A stretch of 64,000 nt of DNA, taken from NCBI GenBank assembly GCA_965219575.1, contig OZ244779.1, positions 1,100,769 to 1,164,768 of the forward strand, in the 5' to 3' direction. This document shows, in pieces, positions 30,940 to 43,200 of the stretch; the first letter of the stretch is position 1, and every line of letters starts with the position of its first letter. The position numbers and the translations under genes were made by a program. The notes beneath the pieces are model-generated. The model made no database searches and had not been told where the DNA came from. It saw only the letters and a list, made by a program, of their open reading frames with translations. The DNA is from Candidatus Oxydemutatoraceae bacterium. GTDB taxonomy: Bacteria > Pseudomonadota > Gammaproteobacteria > Poriferisulfidales > Oxydemutatoraceae.

Positions 30940-31540
30940 CCACCCCGTCAGGCTGAATAGAACCGCCGATTGAACCAGTAGGTCAATCGGCGTGACTTTG
31001 TTCAGAACCTCAACATGACTACTAAATGCATGCATTGCAAAATGCATAGGCCACCCCTCCAGAGGAGGGGAATGTACCGACGCTATACCTTGTGCAGATA
31101 TTTCTGCAACCACCCCGTCAGGCTAACGCCTGCCACCCCTCCAAAGGAGAGGAATTGACTCGTGCAGACCCTTAGGGGCTGTTGAAAAAGTATCCACGAA
31201 CCGTAGGGGCGGACTTGCATGTCCGCCCGTGACGCGTTGGTCGGCACGATTTATACATTTATTCACCCGATTTATGGAAACCAAAACCATACGGCGCAAG
31301 CGATTACGGCTGTGCAGAACGATACTTTAGGGCAGACACACAGGTCTGCCCCTACGACTTTGTGGTTATCATAATTATGTGGCGCAAGCGGTTACGATCG
31401 TGCAAAACGGTATTTTTCAACAGTCCCCCTTAGCAACCACCCCGTCAGGCTAACGCCTGCCACCCCTCCAAAGGAGGGGAATTGACTCGTGCAGACCCTT
31501 AGCAACCACCTCGTCAGGCTTTTCGCCTGCCACTCCTACA
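30940..31540. repeat. Array of C repeats with a 94-bp insert and a B-MITE
   Basis: Four C units on the minus strand; insert 30956-31049. Confidence 0.9.
31175..31427. mobile_element. B-MITE with TSD CCTTA
   Basis: CCTTA at 31170-31174 and 31428-31432; empty site GCAGACCCTTAGCAACCAC at about 31491-31509. Confidence 0.8.
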
Positions 31541-31541
31541 G

Positions 31542-32414
31542 TTAAGGTGTCTCGGCTTCGGGTTCCACCGGTGGCGGTGGCACATAAGGCGAGCATCGCT
31601 TTTCTATAAACTTTTTCATTTCCTTTTTTGTAGTCTCAATGCCCACAAGGCTACTATATGTTTTACATAGATAATCGGGTTGTAGCGTCGTATCCCAATT
31701 TTTGGGAGTTCCTATGGGAAGAAAGGTTTCGGGAGGTTGTTCGGGAGGCGATTTCCATGACCATGGGTAGTCAATCACCGTTCCTTTATCTATTACCGCG
31801 TCGGCAAGGTTTGCGGCACTAAAATTCACCGCGAAAAGATTCGCGTCGGAGAAAATCGCATTGCTGAGATTGGTGGCAGTGAAGTCGGTACCGAAAAGAT
31901 TGGCACCACTCAGATCCGCTCCCGATAGATTGGCACCGCTAAGGTTCGCTCTTGATAGATTGGCTCCCGATAAATCCGCGCCGGTGAGGTTTGCATCGTG
32001 TAGGCGCGCGGCGGTGAAATTTGCCTCGGAGAGAATCGCATCGCTCAGGTCTGCATCGGATAGGTTTGTCTCGGAAAGATCCATTTGTTTAAGGTATATA
32101 CGCTTCAAGTCAACACCTTTTCTAAGATCCAGTGTTTTCGGAGAAAGATCTATGCCCGCGAAAAGATTTTTAGCTACGGAGAACTCAAGTTTGTCGCCCA
32201 CCGGTTCTTTTTGTGCTAGCAAGTATTTCAGAGCTTCAAGTTTGTCGTTATGGTTGGAGGTTTCATCATGAACAATTTCCCAATTATTTTCTATAACGCC
32301 CTCCTTGAATAAATCGTCTTTTATTATAGCAATGATTGAGAAAAGGACGACTATTGAGACGAGGCCTATCCATAGTAGTTCGTAGTGCTGTGTTTTTAGT
32401 TCGGATAATTTCAT
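31542..32414 (-). CDS. Membrane-anchored pentapeptide repeat protein
   Basis: N-terminal TM helix; A(D/N)LSG repeats. Confidence 0.88.
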   Translation of the reverse strand: MKLSELKTQHYELLWIGLVSIVVLFSIIAIIKDDLFKEGVIENNWEIVHDETSNHNDKLEALKYLLAQKEPVGDKLEFSVAKNLFAGIDLSPKTLDLRKGVDLKRIYLKQMDLSETNLSDADLSDAILSEANFTAARLHDANLTGADLSGANLSRANLSGANLSGADLSGANLFGTDFTATNLSNAIFSDANLFAVNFSAANLADAVIDKGTVIDYPWSWKSPPEQPPETFLPIGTPKNWDTTLQPDYLCKTYSSLVGIETTKKEMKKFIEKRCSPYVPPPPVEPEAETP

Positions 32415-32427
32415 CGCTTGTCTATTT

Positions 32428-33231
32428 TTACTCTGCTACATCAAACTTTGCAGTGCCGCTCATTCCTAATTTCAGCCCGTCTTGCGATTTGAATTTAAGC
32501 AAAGCCTTGACGCTTTGGTCTAGCGGGTCAACCTCTTGCGATAAATCGGCTAGTTCGGCAGGGTAGTTTTCACCCATTATATCAATTTCTGCGGTATCGC
32601 CGACCGAGAGCTTTTTCAGCCATACCCACGGTAAAAAGACCCGGAAATAAAAAGGTTGATTGTCGATAATTTCCATAACCGGTGCAAGCGCAGCAGCGGT
32701 TTCGTATTCGCGCACCAGTATTTTGAGAACGCGCCCCGAAAACGGAGCGAGCAATCGGCAGTTCTTTGTGCGCTCGCGCATGTGGTTGAGTTTTGTCAGC
32801 GCGAGTTCGGTTTTCAGTTTCAGCAATTCCAAAGTTTGCGGCGACACCGGTGTGTCTCTCGCTTCGCGTTGTTTTTTATCGTAGTCAAACTTTGCAACTT
32901 CGTACGAGAATCTAGCTTCCTCGAGTGCGGTGCGCTCAATGGAGCAATCGAACTCGATCAGCAAGTCGTTCTTTTTGAATTGTGCGCCTTCCTCGGTATG
33001 TAACTTGGAGACGGTTGCGCTTATTTGACTATTTATTTTCAATCGGTTTTTTGCCATCACGATGCCGCGCCGAGTATAGTTTTCTGCGCTCGTGCCGGTA
33101 GCAGCCGGCATTTGTTGCGCCGGTTTCGCTTGCTCATTTTGGAGACGGTTCTTTTGTGCTTGTGGCTGTGAGCATAAAATGAATGTGAGTATAACCGATA
33201 AGAAAGTTATTTTGAAAAAACCGACACGCAT
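32428..33231 (-). CDS. HlyD/RND-type membrane fusion (periplasmic adaptor) protein
   Basis: Lipoyl halves (EG..F.K.DLLI.FDC; APFSGRV), short hairpin, VDP..Q, GMSG.A. Confidence 0.8.
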   Translation of the reverse strand: MRVGFFKITFLSVILTFILCSQPQAQKNRLQNEQAKPAQQMPAATGTSAENYTRRGIVMAKNRLKINSQISATVSKLHTEEGAQFKKNDLLIEFDCSIERTALEEARFSYEVAKFDYDKKQREARDTPVSPQTLELLKLKTELALTKLNHMRERTKNCRLLAPFSGRVLKILVREYETAAALAPVMEIIDNQPFYFRVFLPWVWLKKLSVGDTAEIDIMGENYPAELADLSQEVDPLDQSVKALLKFKSQDGLKLGMSGTAKFDVAE

Positions 33232-33239
33232 GGGTTACA

Positions 33240-34628
33240 CTAGTCGGACAATTTCAGTGCGATAAACAGAGGGCTCTCGCTGTTTCTGATTACCAGCAAC
33301 GCAACAAAGCGATCTTTAGGGAGTTCGTCTACGATATCTTTAAACTCCTCTACGGTTTCAAAACGTTGATTGTCCAACATAATCAATATGTCGCCTTTCT
33401 GTATACCCGCTCTTTCAGCGTCGCCGTCTGCTATGCTTTCTACGACTAAACCACCTTCCCTGAAGTTCGGTTTTTCTCGCTGTTCCGAATCCAGTTCTCC
33501 CAATTTCATGCCGAGTATCTCGGAATGTTCGGGTTTGGCTTCTGCGCCCATCGCAACAGCCCTATTCGACGGCAGTTGTTCAATCGTGACTTCTATGTCG
33601 ATTACTCGGTCGTCTCGCAGTATCTCTACGATTGCTTTTTCTCCCGCCGGCACGCTACCGACCGTGGGCGGCAGCATAGACGAAGACTCAATCTCCGTAT
33701 CGTTGAAGCGCAATACAACATCGCCTACTTCTATACCGGCTTTCTCCGCCGGGCTGTCTTTGATAACCCGACTAACCAATGCGCCTATCGGTCTGTCCAG
33801 ATTAAAAGACTCGGATAAGTCACTGGTGACTTCTTGTATATAGATGCCCAGCCATCCTCGCACGACTTTACCGGTATCTTTTAATTGACCGACTATATCG
33901 AGTGCGAGGTCTATAGGCACGGCAAAAGATAAACCGGAATAACTGCCGGTTCGGCTATAAATTTGGGAGTTAATGCCGACAACCTCGCCGTCTAAATTGA
34001 ACAGAGGCCCGCCCGAGTTGCCCGGATTAATCGCGACATCGGTTTGCAGAAAGGGTACATAGTTGCTGTCCGGCAAGCTACGCCCTTTGGCACTGACGAT
34101 GCCGGCGGTGACGGTATAATCAAAGCCGAAAGGCGCACCGATGGCAAGCACCCATTGTCCGACTTTTAAGGATTCCGAAGACCCCATCTTCAGGGTCGGT
34201 AAGTTCTCGGCGTCTATTTTCAAAAGTACGACATCGCTGAGTTCGTCGGAACCTATGACCTCGGCGCGCATCTCGCGACGGTCGCTTAATTTGACGATGA
34301 TTTGATCTGCATTCTTGACGACATGATGATTGCTGATAATCTCTCCGTCGGGGCTGATGATGAAACCCGAACCTACCGAATTTTTATTGCGCGGTTGTGG
34401 CACTTCATCGGGTGGCATGAATCTTTCTATAAAGTCTTCCCACGGGATATTATTAGGAAACTCTTCGGGTTTTTGTATTGTTCTTTTGCTAGGCTTATTG
34501 ATGACGCTGATATTGACGACCGCCGGTGCTGCGCGCTCGGCGAGCTCGGAGAAATCCGGTAGCGAGGTCTGTGCCGATAGCGGCGGACAGATTAGAACGG
34601 CAATCAGAATATATAGATATCGTTTCAT
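33240..34628 (-). CDS. mucD: DegP/MucD serine endoprotease with two PDZ domains
   Basis: GSGFII, NHHVV, QTDVAINPGNSGGPL; follows rseC with an ATGA overlap. Confidence 0.9.
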   Translation of the reverse strand: MKRYLYILIAVLICPPLSAQTSLPDFSELAERAAPAVVNISVINKPSKRTIQKPEEFPNNIPWEDFIERFMPPDEVPQPRNKNSVGSGFIISPDGEIISNHHVVKNADQIIVKLSDRREMRAEVIGSDELSDVVLLKIDAENLPTLKMGSSESLKVGQWVLAIGAPFGFDYTVTAGIVSAKGRSLPDSNYVPFLQTDVAINPGNSGGPLFNLDGEVVGINSQIYSRTGSYSGLSFAVPIDLALDIVGQLKDTGKVVRGWLGIYIQEVTSDLSESFNLDRPIGALVSRVIKDSPAEKAGIEVGDVVLRFNDTEIESSSMLPPTVGSVPAGEKAIVEILRDDRVIDIEVTIEQLPSNRAVAMGAEAKPEHSEILGMKLGELDSEQREKPNFREGGLVVESIADGDAERAGIQKGDILIMLDNQRFETVEEFKDIVDELPKDRFVALLVIRNSESPLFIALKLSD

Positions 34629-35074
34629 CGGGTTAATTGAATGCCGAATAAATCGAGAGAAAACAGCCACCGCTTTATCAATAGATAGGAGGCTGAAACG
34701 CTACCTAGTCCTATGACGGCAGTCAGCCATTCCATGCCCAACAGCAGATGAGTGACAGATGCGGTAATCACGAGCATCGCTACGGGCAAGCCGTAACAAA
34801 ATGCGGCAACTTTAAGCAAAGTATCCGAATGAATTGCAAGTCGCACTTCGGTTCCGCTTTCAAAAAGATGCTTGGTAGGCACTTGCCAAATATCGCGATG
34901 ACGTGAAAAAATGGCACCGAAAGTGTATAGTGCGCAGATGCTCTGCTTGGATCCACCACAGCCCTCGCAACCGTCGTTATCGGTATGGACGCGTAGTGTT
35001 GCGACACCGTCTTTGCATTGTATGACGGTTGCGTGCTTAAGCCACCAAAATGTGTCATTCGTTTTGTTTTGCAT
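34625..35074 (-). CDS. rseC: RseC/MucC family protein
   Basis: CEGC......C motif, YGLP, two TM helices. Confidence 0.75.
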   Translation of the reverse strand: MQNKTNDTFWWLKHATVIQCKDGVATLRVHTDNDGCEGCGGSKQSICALYTFGAIFSRHRDIWQVPTKHLFESGTEVRLAIHSDTLLKVAAFCYGLPVAMLVITASVTHLLLGMEWLTAVIGLGSVSASYLLIKRWLFSLDLFGIQLTR

Positions 35075-35077
35075 CAA

Positions 35078-35635
35078 TCAAATACTCGTGCTTGCTTGTA
35101 TAAAATGTTTTTTATAATGTTTAAGTTCCTCTATCGAACCGTAGATATCTTGTCTTGCGCGATGGCTGGTAATTTTATCGCTCTGATAGACGATATCGGG
35201 ATCCCAACGAGATGCCAACTCTTTGAGTGTGCTGACATCCAGGTTCCTATAATGAAAAAATCTTTCAAGTTCGGGCATCAGGCGAGCGAGAAAGCGGCGG
35301 TCTTGGCATATACTGTTGCCGCACATGGGGGAACAATTTGCAGCGACGTATTGCTTTAGAAATTTAAGCGTTCGCGCCTCGGCTTGTTTGGCATCGATGT
35401 TACTTTGTCTGACCTCGTCCACTAAGCCCGAAGCGGTATGGTGTTTTTTGTTCCAGTGATCCATCTGTTCAAGTATATCATCGGACTGATGAATCACCAG
35501 TTCCGGCCCCTCCCCGATAATATCCAATGCTTTATCCGTGATTATAGTCGCTATCTCTATTATATAATCGCAGGAACAATCCAAACCTGTCATTTCAAGA
35601 TCTATCCAAATTAGGTTAAACTTATCAACCGCCAT
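35078..35635 (-). CDS. orn: Oligoribonuclease
   Basis: WIDLEMTGL, GNSICQDRRFL, HYRNLDVSTLKEL. Confidence 0.97.
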   Translation of the reverse strand: MAVDKFNLIWIDLEMTGLDCSCDYIIEIATIITDKALDIIGEGPELVIHQSDDILEQMDHWNKKHHTASGLVDEVRQSNIDAKQAEARTLKFLKQYVAANCSPMCGNSICQDRRFLARLMPELERFFHYRNLDVSTLKELASRWDPDIVYQSDKITSHRARQDIYGSIEELKHYKKHFIQASTSI

Positions 35636-35661
35636 AGGAACTCATTATAAATGAAAAAGCA

Positions 35662-35955
35662 ATGATTAAAAAAATTCTTTATACGACTATATGTGCCATG
35701 CTCAATATAGCCATAGCTGCAAACGACAGCATACCACCGCACTATAGTGCCGAATGTGTTGCTTGTCATGAACAAATGGTAAGCGGTGATGCAAAAGTTT
35801 TATATACGCGCAAGGATCGCCTTGCTAGAAATTATGAGGAATTGCAACGGCGCGTGCGTTATTGTAAGGATCAGCTCAAACTCGACTGGAGCGAAGAACA
35901 AACGCGTACCGTCGTAGAATATCTAGCAAAAAATTATTACGATTACCAGCCGTAG
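35662..35955 (+). CDS. Small periplasmic monoheme c-type cytochrome
   Basis: Signal peptide, CVACH, YTR.DR, YL...YY. Confidence 0.75.
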   Translation: MIKKILYTTICAMLNIAIAANDSIPPHYSAECVACHEQMVSGDAKVLYTRKDRLARNYEELQRRVRYCKDQLKLDWSEEQTRTVVEYLAKNYYDYQP

Positions 35956-36000
35956 AGATAGAATAGAACCGCCGATTGACCTACTGATATCGACCGAAAC

Positions 36001-36279
36001 CTATAGAAACCTTATCATCAATCCAACTGCTGCGATGACTACTATAATGTTGACTGCAGCAACCGCGTATATTAGCTTCGCTAACCTAGTCTCAAGTTCT
36101 GCTAAATCTTTTTTTGTAGCCATATCTTTTATGTCAGCTCTAGTTTCTGCTTTTAACTCTGTTATATCTGCCTTAGTCGCTACATTTTTATTGCTTGCAA
36201 CATCGGCTACCGCTTTCTCCGCTTCATCGGGTTCAAGACCTAGCTTAGTAAGTGCATTATATAGGGCTATTTCGAACAT
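36001..36279 (-). CDS. DUF1640/CCDC90-like small coiled-coil protein with C-terminal TM
   Basis: LYNAL..LG....AE, ATKADI/ATKKDL repeats, hydrophobic tail; AAGGAG SD. Confidence 0.7.
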   Translation of the reverse strand: MFEIALYNALTKLGLEPDEAEKAVADVASNKNVATKADITELKAETRADIKDMATKKDLAELETRLAKLIYAVAAVNIIVVIAAVGLMIRFL

Positions 36280-36378
36280 TTCTATTCTCTCCTTTTATGG
36301 TGTCAAGCTAATAGCATAACTGATTATTCGTTAATTGCTTGTATATTATCTTACATAACATATGATCCTCGTGCAAAC

Positions 36379-37191
36379 TTAACTGCGCGCCATCGTGTAT
36401 CGTGGGTGTCCGGCAATGTCTTCGAGACAATCAATATCGTCAAAGCCTGCCTCTCGCATCAGGCGTTCCACCGTTTCGGCTTGTCTGCAACCGTGTTCTA
36501 CGAGTAGCGTGCCGTGCTTAAGAAGATGCTGTTCGGCATCGATGATAATTGTGCTCAACTCGGCGATACCGTTGTCTTTTGCATACAAGGCAAGGTCGGG
36601 TTCCGCTGCGATTGCGTCTCGGTCTGCCTCACTATCGTCGAATCCAATATAAGGCGGATTGGCAACAATCCAATCGAAACATCCGTTTATGTTTTGGTAC
36701 CAGTCGCTCTGCACGAAAGTGATATCGCACCGATGAAGTTGTGCATTGCTTTGTGCAACATCCAGCGCGCTCGAGGATATGTCGCTCGCCACGATATGCA
36801 AATCGGGGCGGTGGCAAGCGATGGCAACTGCGATATTGCCACACCCGGTACCCAGATCCAGCAACCGTGCATCGGGCAACATAGAGTTAATCGCACATTC
36901 AACTGCAATCTCCGTTTCCGGGCGCGGTATCAATACCGTCTCGTCGACTAAGAAGTCTAAGCCGTAGAATTCTCGGTAGCCCTTTAAGTAGGCTAGGGGT
37001 TTGCCGGTTTTGCGTTTGTCGGTAAGCTCGCTCAATCGACTACTTTGGGCGCAGTTAAGTTGATATTCGGGGTGTGAATAAAGCCACGAAAGATCTTTGC
37101 CCAAAACATGGCTCAACAGGTAATCGCCCTCGCCGGAGTCGTAATCAAGTACTGCCTGTATATAGTGTCGTGCGGTTTGTATGTCCATCAT
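36379..37191 (-). CDS. prmC: Release factor glutamine methyltransferase
   Basis: [23 protein letters not shown]. Confidence 0.95.
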   Translation of the reverse strand: MMDIQTARHYIQAVLDYDSGEGDYLLSHVLGKDLSWLYSHPEYQLNCAQSSRLSELTDKRKTGKPLAYLKGYREFYGLDFLVDETVLIPRPETEIAVECAINSMLPDARLLDLGTGCGNIAVAIACHRPDLHIVASDISSSALDVAQSNAQLHRCDITFVQSDWYQNINGCFDWIVANPPYIGFDDSEADRDAIAAEPDLALYAKDNGIAELSTIIIDAEQHLLKHGTLLVEHGCRQAETVERLMREAGFDDIDCLEDIAGHPRYTMARS

Positions 37192-38273
37192 TCTTTGATG
37201 AGTGCGGTTAGCAAATCGGCATGGTGTTCGTTGACCAACGGCGTGATTAGCATGTCTAAGTCGCCCTCCAGTAATTGCGGTAACTGGTAGAGTGTCAAGG
37301 CAATGCGGTGGTCGGTGACCCGACCCTGCGGAAAGTTATAAGTGCGGATGCGCTCGGAGCGATCGCCGCTACCGACTAAATTGCGGCGGTTCTCGGCGTG
37401 TTCTTGCTCTTGCTTACGCCGCTCTGCGTCTAGGAGCTTGGCTTGCAATAATGAGATTGCGCGCATTTTATTTTTATGCTGCGAACGCTCGTCCTGACAT
37501 TCAACGACGATGCCGCTCGGTTGATGGGTGAGGCGGATTGCCGAATCGGTTTTATTGACATGCTGTCCGCCGGCTCCGGATGCCCTGAAGGTATCGATGC
37601 GTACTTCGCTCATATCGATCTCTATGTGGTCTATTTCTTGCGCTTCGGGCATCACTGCGACGGTTGCCGCCGAAGTATGGATGCGCCCTTGCGACTCGGT
37701 TTCCGGTACGCGCTGCACGCGATGTGCGCCCGACTCGAATTTAAGGCAAGAATAAACCGCGTCGCCTTTGATTCTGGAGATAATCTCCTTGAACCCTCCG
37801 TGGTCTCCCTCGTTGACATTTAATATCTCTATCCGCCATCGCTTTTTTTCCACATAACGACTGTACATCCGAAATAGGTCGCCGGCGAAAATAGCGGCTT
37901 CGTCGCCGCCGGTGCCGGCTCGAATTTCTAAAAATATATTTGCTTGGTCGTGTGGGTCTTCGGGGATTAGCAACTGTAGCAACTCGTGTTCCAGTGTTGT
38001 TTGCCGTTGTTGCAAATCTTTGATTTCCTCCTGTGCGACAACGCGCAGCGCATCGTCCGGTTCGTTTAGTAACTCTTCGGTTTCATGGATTTTATCGTTG
38101 CAGTCGCGATATGCCTCGTAGTGTTTGACGATTGCATCCAAGTGCGCGTATTCTTGCCCGAGCTTTTTATACTGCGCGTGATCTTGTATGACCTCGGGGT
38201 CGGCTAATTGCGAGGCAATCTGCCTGTGATGCTCGGATGCGGCATCTAATTTTTTGAGTATCGAAGGCTTCAT
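37188..38273 (-). CDS. prfA: Peptide chain release factor 1
   Basis: [26 protein letters not shown]. Confidence 0.98.
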   Translation of the reverse strand: MKPSILKKLDAASEHHRQIASQLADPEVIQDHAQYKKLGQEYAHLDAIVKHYEAYRDCNDKIHETEELLNEPDDALRVVAQEEIKDLQQRQTTLEHELLQLLIPEDPHDQANIFLEIRAGTGGDEAAIFAGDLFRMYSRYVEKKRWRIEILNVNEGDHGGFKEIISRIKGDAVYSCLKFESGAHRVQRVPETESQGRIHTSAATVAVMPEAQEIDHIEIDMSEVRIDTFRASGAGGQHVNKTDSAIRLTHQPSGIVVECQDERSQHKNKMRAISLLQAKLLDAERRKQEQEHAENRRNLVGSGDRSERIRTYNFPQGRVTDHRIALTLYQLPQLLEGDLDMLITPLVNEHHADLLTALIKE

Positions 38274-39535
38274 TGATCTATACTCGGGTCATTATACAAT
38301 CGGGTTGCAGCGCGGATTAAATCGGCATCGCCGCTTGTGGCAGCTTTATTGAGCGTTTCAATTGTTCGGTGCATCAGTTTAGCGGTTAGTGTATGTTTTA
38401 GATATTCTAAAGCCTCTGCAGGGTTTTTACCGTGTTCAATCAGCGCAAGCGACTTTTGATATACATCGGCACTTTGTTCGTCGGCTTCGGCTTTGAGCTT
38501 GGCAATCATCTGTGCCACTTGTCTGGTGTTCAGCCACCGCATAAAGTTTTGAATCTCGTATTCGATAATTTTCTGTGCTTCGCCGACATTGCTTATGCGA
38601 TGATGCTTGTTGATATCTACGATTTGGGTTATGTTCTCCAGTGTATAAAGATAAACATTTTCTATCTCTGCAACCGCAGATTCTATATCCCGAGGCAACG
38701 CTAGGTCAACGATGCATAAAGGGTTTTGCTTGCGCCGTTTCAATGCTTGCTCGACTGCCGTTGTTCCGAGTATTGCATCCTTGCTCGCCGTGCAACTGAT
38801 AATCAAGTCGAAGCGGTGCAGCGACTCGGAAATTTCATTAAAGGGGAGAGTGTCCGCATCTAGCTGTGATGCCAGTTTTTCGGCATTTTGCAGTGAGCGG
38901 CTAGCGATAGTTAGAGTGCCGATGTCTTGGCTTTTGAGCTGCAAGGCGGTCGCTTTTATCATGTCGCCGGAACCGATCATCAAGGCGTGGCGCGAAGATA
39001 GTTTCGCAAAGATTTTCTGAGGCACCGCAACCGCAATAGAAGGATACGAAGTCTTATATTGCCCTAAAGCCGTCTCGCTGCGTACCCGCTTGGCGGTGTA
39101 CAAAGCGCATTCAAATAACTTGTTCAATACGGTATTGGTGCGGTTGCTCGATAATGCAGTTTGATACGCCGTTTTAACCTGCCCTAAGATTTGCGGTTCA
39201 CCGACAATCTCCGATTTAAGACTGCCGGCAACTTCAAATAAATGACGCACCGCTGCGACATCGCCCAGCTGAAAAAAATACTCTGCGTTGTCGGCGTAGC
39301 CGATGCCTCTTCGGGCGCATAACCATTTTATAAGCTGCTCCGCTTGAACATCGTCCGACATCTCTACATAAAGCTCGCAACGGTTGCAGGTAGAAATTAT
39401 CACACCGTATCTGATGCGCAACTGCTTCTCAAGTTCGGATAACGCACCGTGAATGGAGTCCGCAGGCAAACTGAGTTGCTCGCGAATTGCAAACGGAGCC
39501 GTATGATGATTGAGACCGACGACAGCTAAACTCAT
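38270..39535 (-). CDS. hemA: Glutamyl-tRNA reductase
   Basis: [32 protein letters not shown]. Confidence 0.96.
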   Translation of the reverse strand: MSLAVVGLNHHTAPFAIREQLSLPADSIHGALSELEKQLRIRYGVIISTCNRCELYVEMSDDVQAEQLIKWLCARRGIGYADNAEYFFQLGDVAAVRHLFEVAGSLKSEIVGEPQILGQVKTAYQTALSSNRTNTVLNKLFECALYTAKRVRSETALGQYKTSYPSIAVAVPQKIFAKLSSRHALMIGSGDMIKATALQLKSQDIGTLTIASRSLQNAEKLASQLDADTLPFNEISESLHRFDLIISCTASKDAILGTTAVEQALKRRKQNPLCIVDLALPRDIESAVAEIENVYLYTLENITQIVDINKHHRISNVGEAQKIIEYEIQNFMRWLNTRQVAQMIAKLKAEADEQSADVYQKSLALIEHGKNPAEALEYLKHTLTAKLMHRTIETLNKAATSGDADLIRAATRLYNDPSIDQ

Positions 39536-39619
39536 TGCTACTATATAATTAAAGGATGCGATTGTGGATGCGTAAAGCGTAGTTTAGCAGATATACGATA
39601 GTCTCTGTACTTTAGGCGG

Positions 39620-39994
39620 ACCATTCCCCTCCTGTGGAGGGGTGGCAGGCTGTGCCTGACGAGGTGGTTGTGTCGTTGGGGCTGTTGAAAAAGTATTTCA
39701 TAAAGTTATAGGGGCGGAACAGGGTCGCCGATTGAGCCAGTAGGTCAATCGGCAATTATGATGTCTGCCCGAAACGCGTTGCGCCTGCACAATTTATACA
39801 TTTATTCACCCGATTTATGGAAACCAAAACCATACGGCGCAAGCGGTTGGTGTCGTGCAGAACGGTACTTAAGGGCAGACACACAGGTCTGCCCCTACGG
39901 CTTGGTGGTTATTATAAATTCACGGCGCAAGCGGTTACCGTTGCACGCTGACGATACTTTTTCAACAGCCCCACATTACTACTTTGCGCTTACA
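39620..39994. repeat. Mosaic repeat cluster ending in an IS1202 left-end copy
   Basis: C unit, B TIR at 39678, D-filled REP-A, REP-A, right B TIR, then ACATTACTACTTTGCGCTTACA at 39973-39994. Confidence 0.9.
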
Positions 39995-40071
39995 CTGCGG
40001 CAGCATCACCTTGCTTTATTTTAGATAATATGGAAAATATAGGATTTCTAACTAAACACGGAGAGATAACT

Positions 40072-40302
40072 ATGTCGGAATTTGATCAAGAATTGGATAC
40101 TTGTGGCTTAAATTGTCCTTTGCCGATATTGCACGCTAAGAAAACTTTGGCAAAAATGGAACAAGGTCGAGTTTTGCATATCATCTCAACCGACGCAGGC
40201 TCGGTTAAAGACTTTGAAGCGTTTTCCAAGCAGACCGGAAACGAATTGCTTGAATCTAAAGAAGAGGGCGGTAAATTTTACTTTTTAATCAAAAAGGCAT
40301 GA
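40072..40302 (+). CDS. tusA: Sulfur carrier protein TusA/SirA family
   Basis: LDTCGLNCPLP, D.GS..DF. Confidence 0.9.
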   Translation: MSEFDQELDTCGLNCPLPILHAKKTLAKMEQGRVLHIISTDAGSVKDFEAFSKQTGNELLESKEEGGKFYFLIKKA

Positions 40303-40348
40303 TAATCAATTTATCGGGGTGTTTGATTCTGATGCGATGTGAGTGTGC

Positions 40349-41880
<1,532 letters not shown>

Positions 41881-41886
41881 GCGATA

Positions 41887-42669
41887 ATGCAACAAGTCAA
41901 AGGCAAGGCACTAAAGAAAGGCATATTCTTATTGCCTAGTTTGGTTACTATAGCTTCCTTGTTTAGCGGTGTGTATGCAATGATCATGGCATACGCGGGA
42001 GACTACGAGCGCGCGGCGATTTTCGGTTTGCTTTGCGTTCTGCTCGACGGCATAGACGGCAATGTCGCACGGCTGACCCATACCGTGAGTCGTTTCGGTG
42101 CCGAACTCGATAGTCTGACCGATGTCGTTGTATTCGGGTGTATTCCGGCACTGATTATTTATCAATGGTCGTTAATCCATATTAGCGAGACCGGCTGGTT
42201 GCTCGCTAAAATAGGCTGGCTGGTGGTCTTTTTTTATATTGCCATGACGGTAATAAGATTAGCGCGTTTCAACTCTCAGCAAGATACCCTGAAGAAATAC
42301 TTTAGAGGCATGCCGTGCCCTGCAGCGGCAACCTTATTAATGAGCTTCGTATGGGTATGGGAAGACATGGGTTATAGCGGTATCGAAGCCATAGGTCTAA
42401 GCTGTGTTATTTTGCTTTTAAGCGGTATCGCGATGATTAGCAACCTGAGCTACTACAGCATCAAGCAAATAGAGATCAGCAGGGTGTCTTTGACCGGTAT
42501 ATTGGCGGCGGTAAGCCTGCTGATTATAGTCTCTTTGGACATTCCCAAGGTTATCCTTTTTCTATCGCTGTTATATCTATTTTCCGGACCTTCTTTGTGG
42601 TTATCCAGACTATTCAAGAGACGCATTTCGTATAAGCGCACACTGCCATCCACTCGCATAGGCAAATAA
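41887..42669 (+). CDS. pssA: CDP-diacylglycerol--serine O-phosphatidyltransferase
   Basis: DG.DG.VAR.....S.FG.ELDSL.D, RLARFN, F.G.P.P. Confidence 0.9.
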   Translation: MQQVKGKALKKGIFLLPSLVTIASLFSGVYAMIMAYAGDYERAAIFGLLCVLLDGIDGNVARLTHTVSRFGAELDSLTDVVVFGCIPALIIYQWSLIHISETGWLLAKIGWLVVFFYIAMTVIRLARFNSQQDTLKKYFRGMPCPAAATLLMSFVWVWEDMGYSGIEAIGLSCVILLLSGIAMISNLSYYSIKQIEISRVSLTGILAAVSLLIIVSLDIPKVILFLSLLYLFSGPSLWLSRLFKRRISYKRTLPSTRIGK

Positions 42670-42709
42670 TACTGTAATCTATGAATAGGAGTAACTCCGA
42701 TGCCAAAGG

Positions 42710-43190
42710 CAGTGTCGGTACATTCCCCTCCTTCGGAGGGGTGGCAGGCTGTGCCTGACGGGGTGGTCGCATCGTGTCTGCGACAAGTGCAGTGTTGGTA
42801 CATTCCCCTCCTCTGGAGGGGTGGCAGGCGCAGCCTGACGGTGTGGTCGTGCCGTATCTGCACTGCTTAATTCCCCTCCTCTGGAGGGGTGTCAGGCGAA
42901 GCCTGACGGGGTGGTTGCAGAAGTTTCTGCACAAATATAATTTGGTTTCGTTCAATAAAAGAGGCAAGAGAGACTATAGAAGACTAGCGTATAGATTATA
43001 ATGAAGTGCGTCCGCACAGCGCATTGGGTTATCAACTCCCGAGTGTATTTGCGGAGGCAATAGCATGAAAACTAATTTTGCAAGTGGTCCTAAAAATGGG
43101 TAACGTCAACACGACCACCCCTCCAAAGGAGGGGAATTGGTTAGTGCAGATACGCCACGACCACCCCTCCGAAGGAAGGGAATTAGCTTG
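42710..43190. repeat. Array of C repeats flanking an IS3 remnant
   Basis: Three direct C units 42723-42916 and two inverted partial units 43114-43183. Confidence 0.88.
42943..43108 (+). pseudogene. IS3-family (IS407-like) transposase 3' remnant with right end
   Basis: WFRSIKEARETIED*RIDYNEVRPHSALGYQLP..FA; terminal GTGGTCCTAAAAATGGGTAACGTCA. Confidence 0.8.
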
Positions 43191-43200
43191 TTCCACCACG

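Noticed and set aside
42723-42916. Three ~47-bp direct repeats with spacers (also 31059-31540 and 45017-45130) as a CRISPR array
   Set aside because: The repeats are degenerate and dispersed window-wide, the spacers resemble one another, and there is no leader or cas gene; these are C-type repeats
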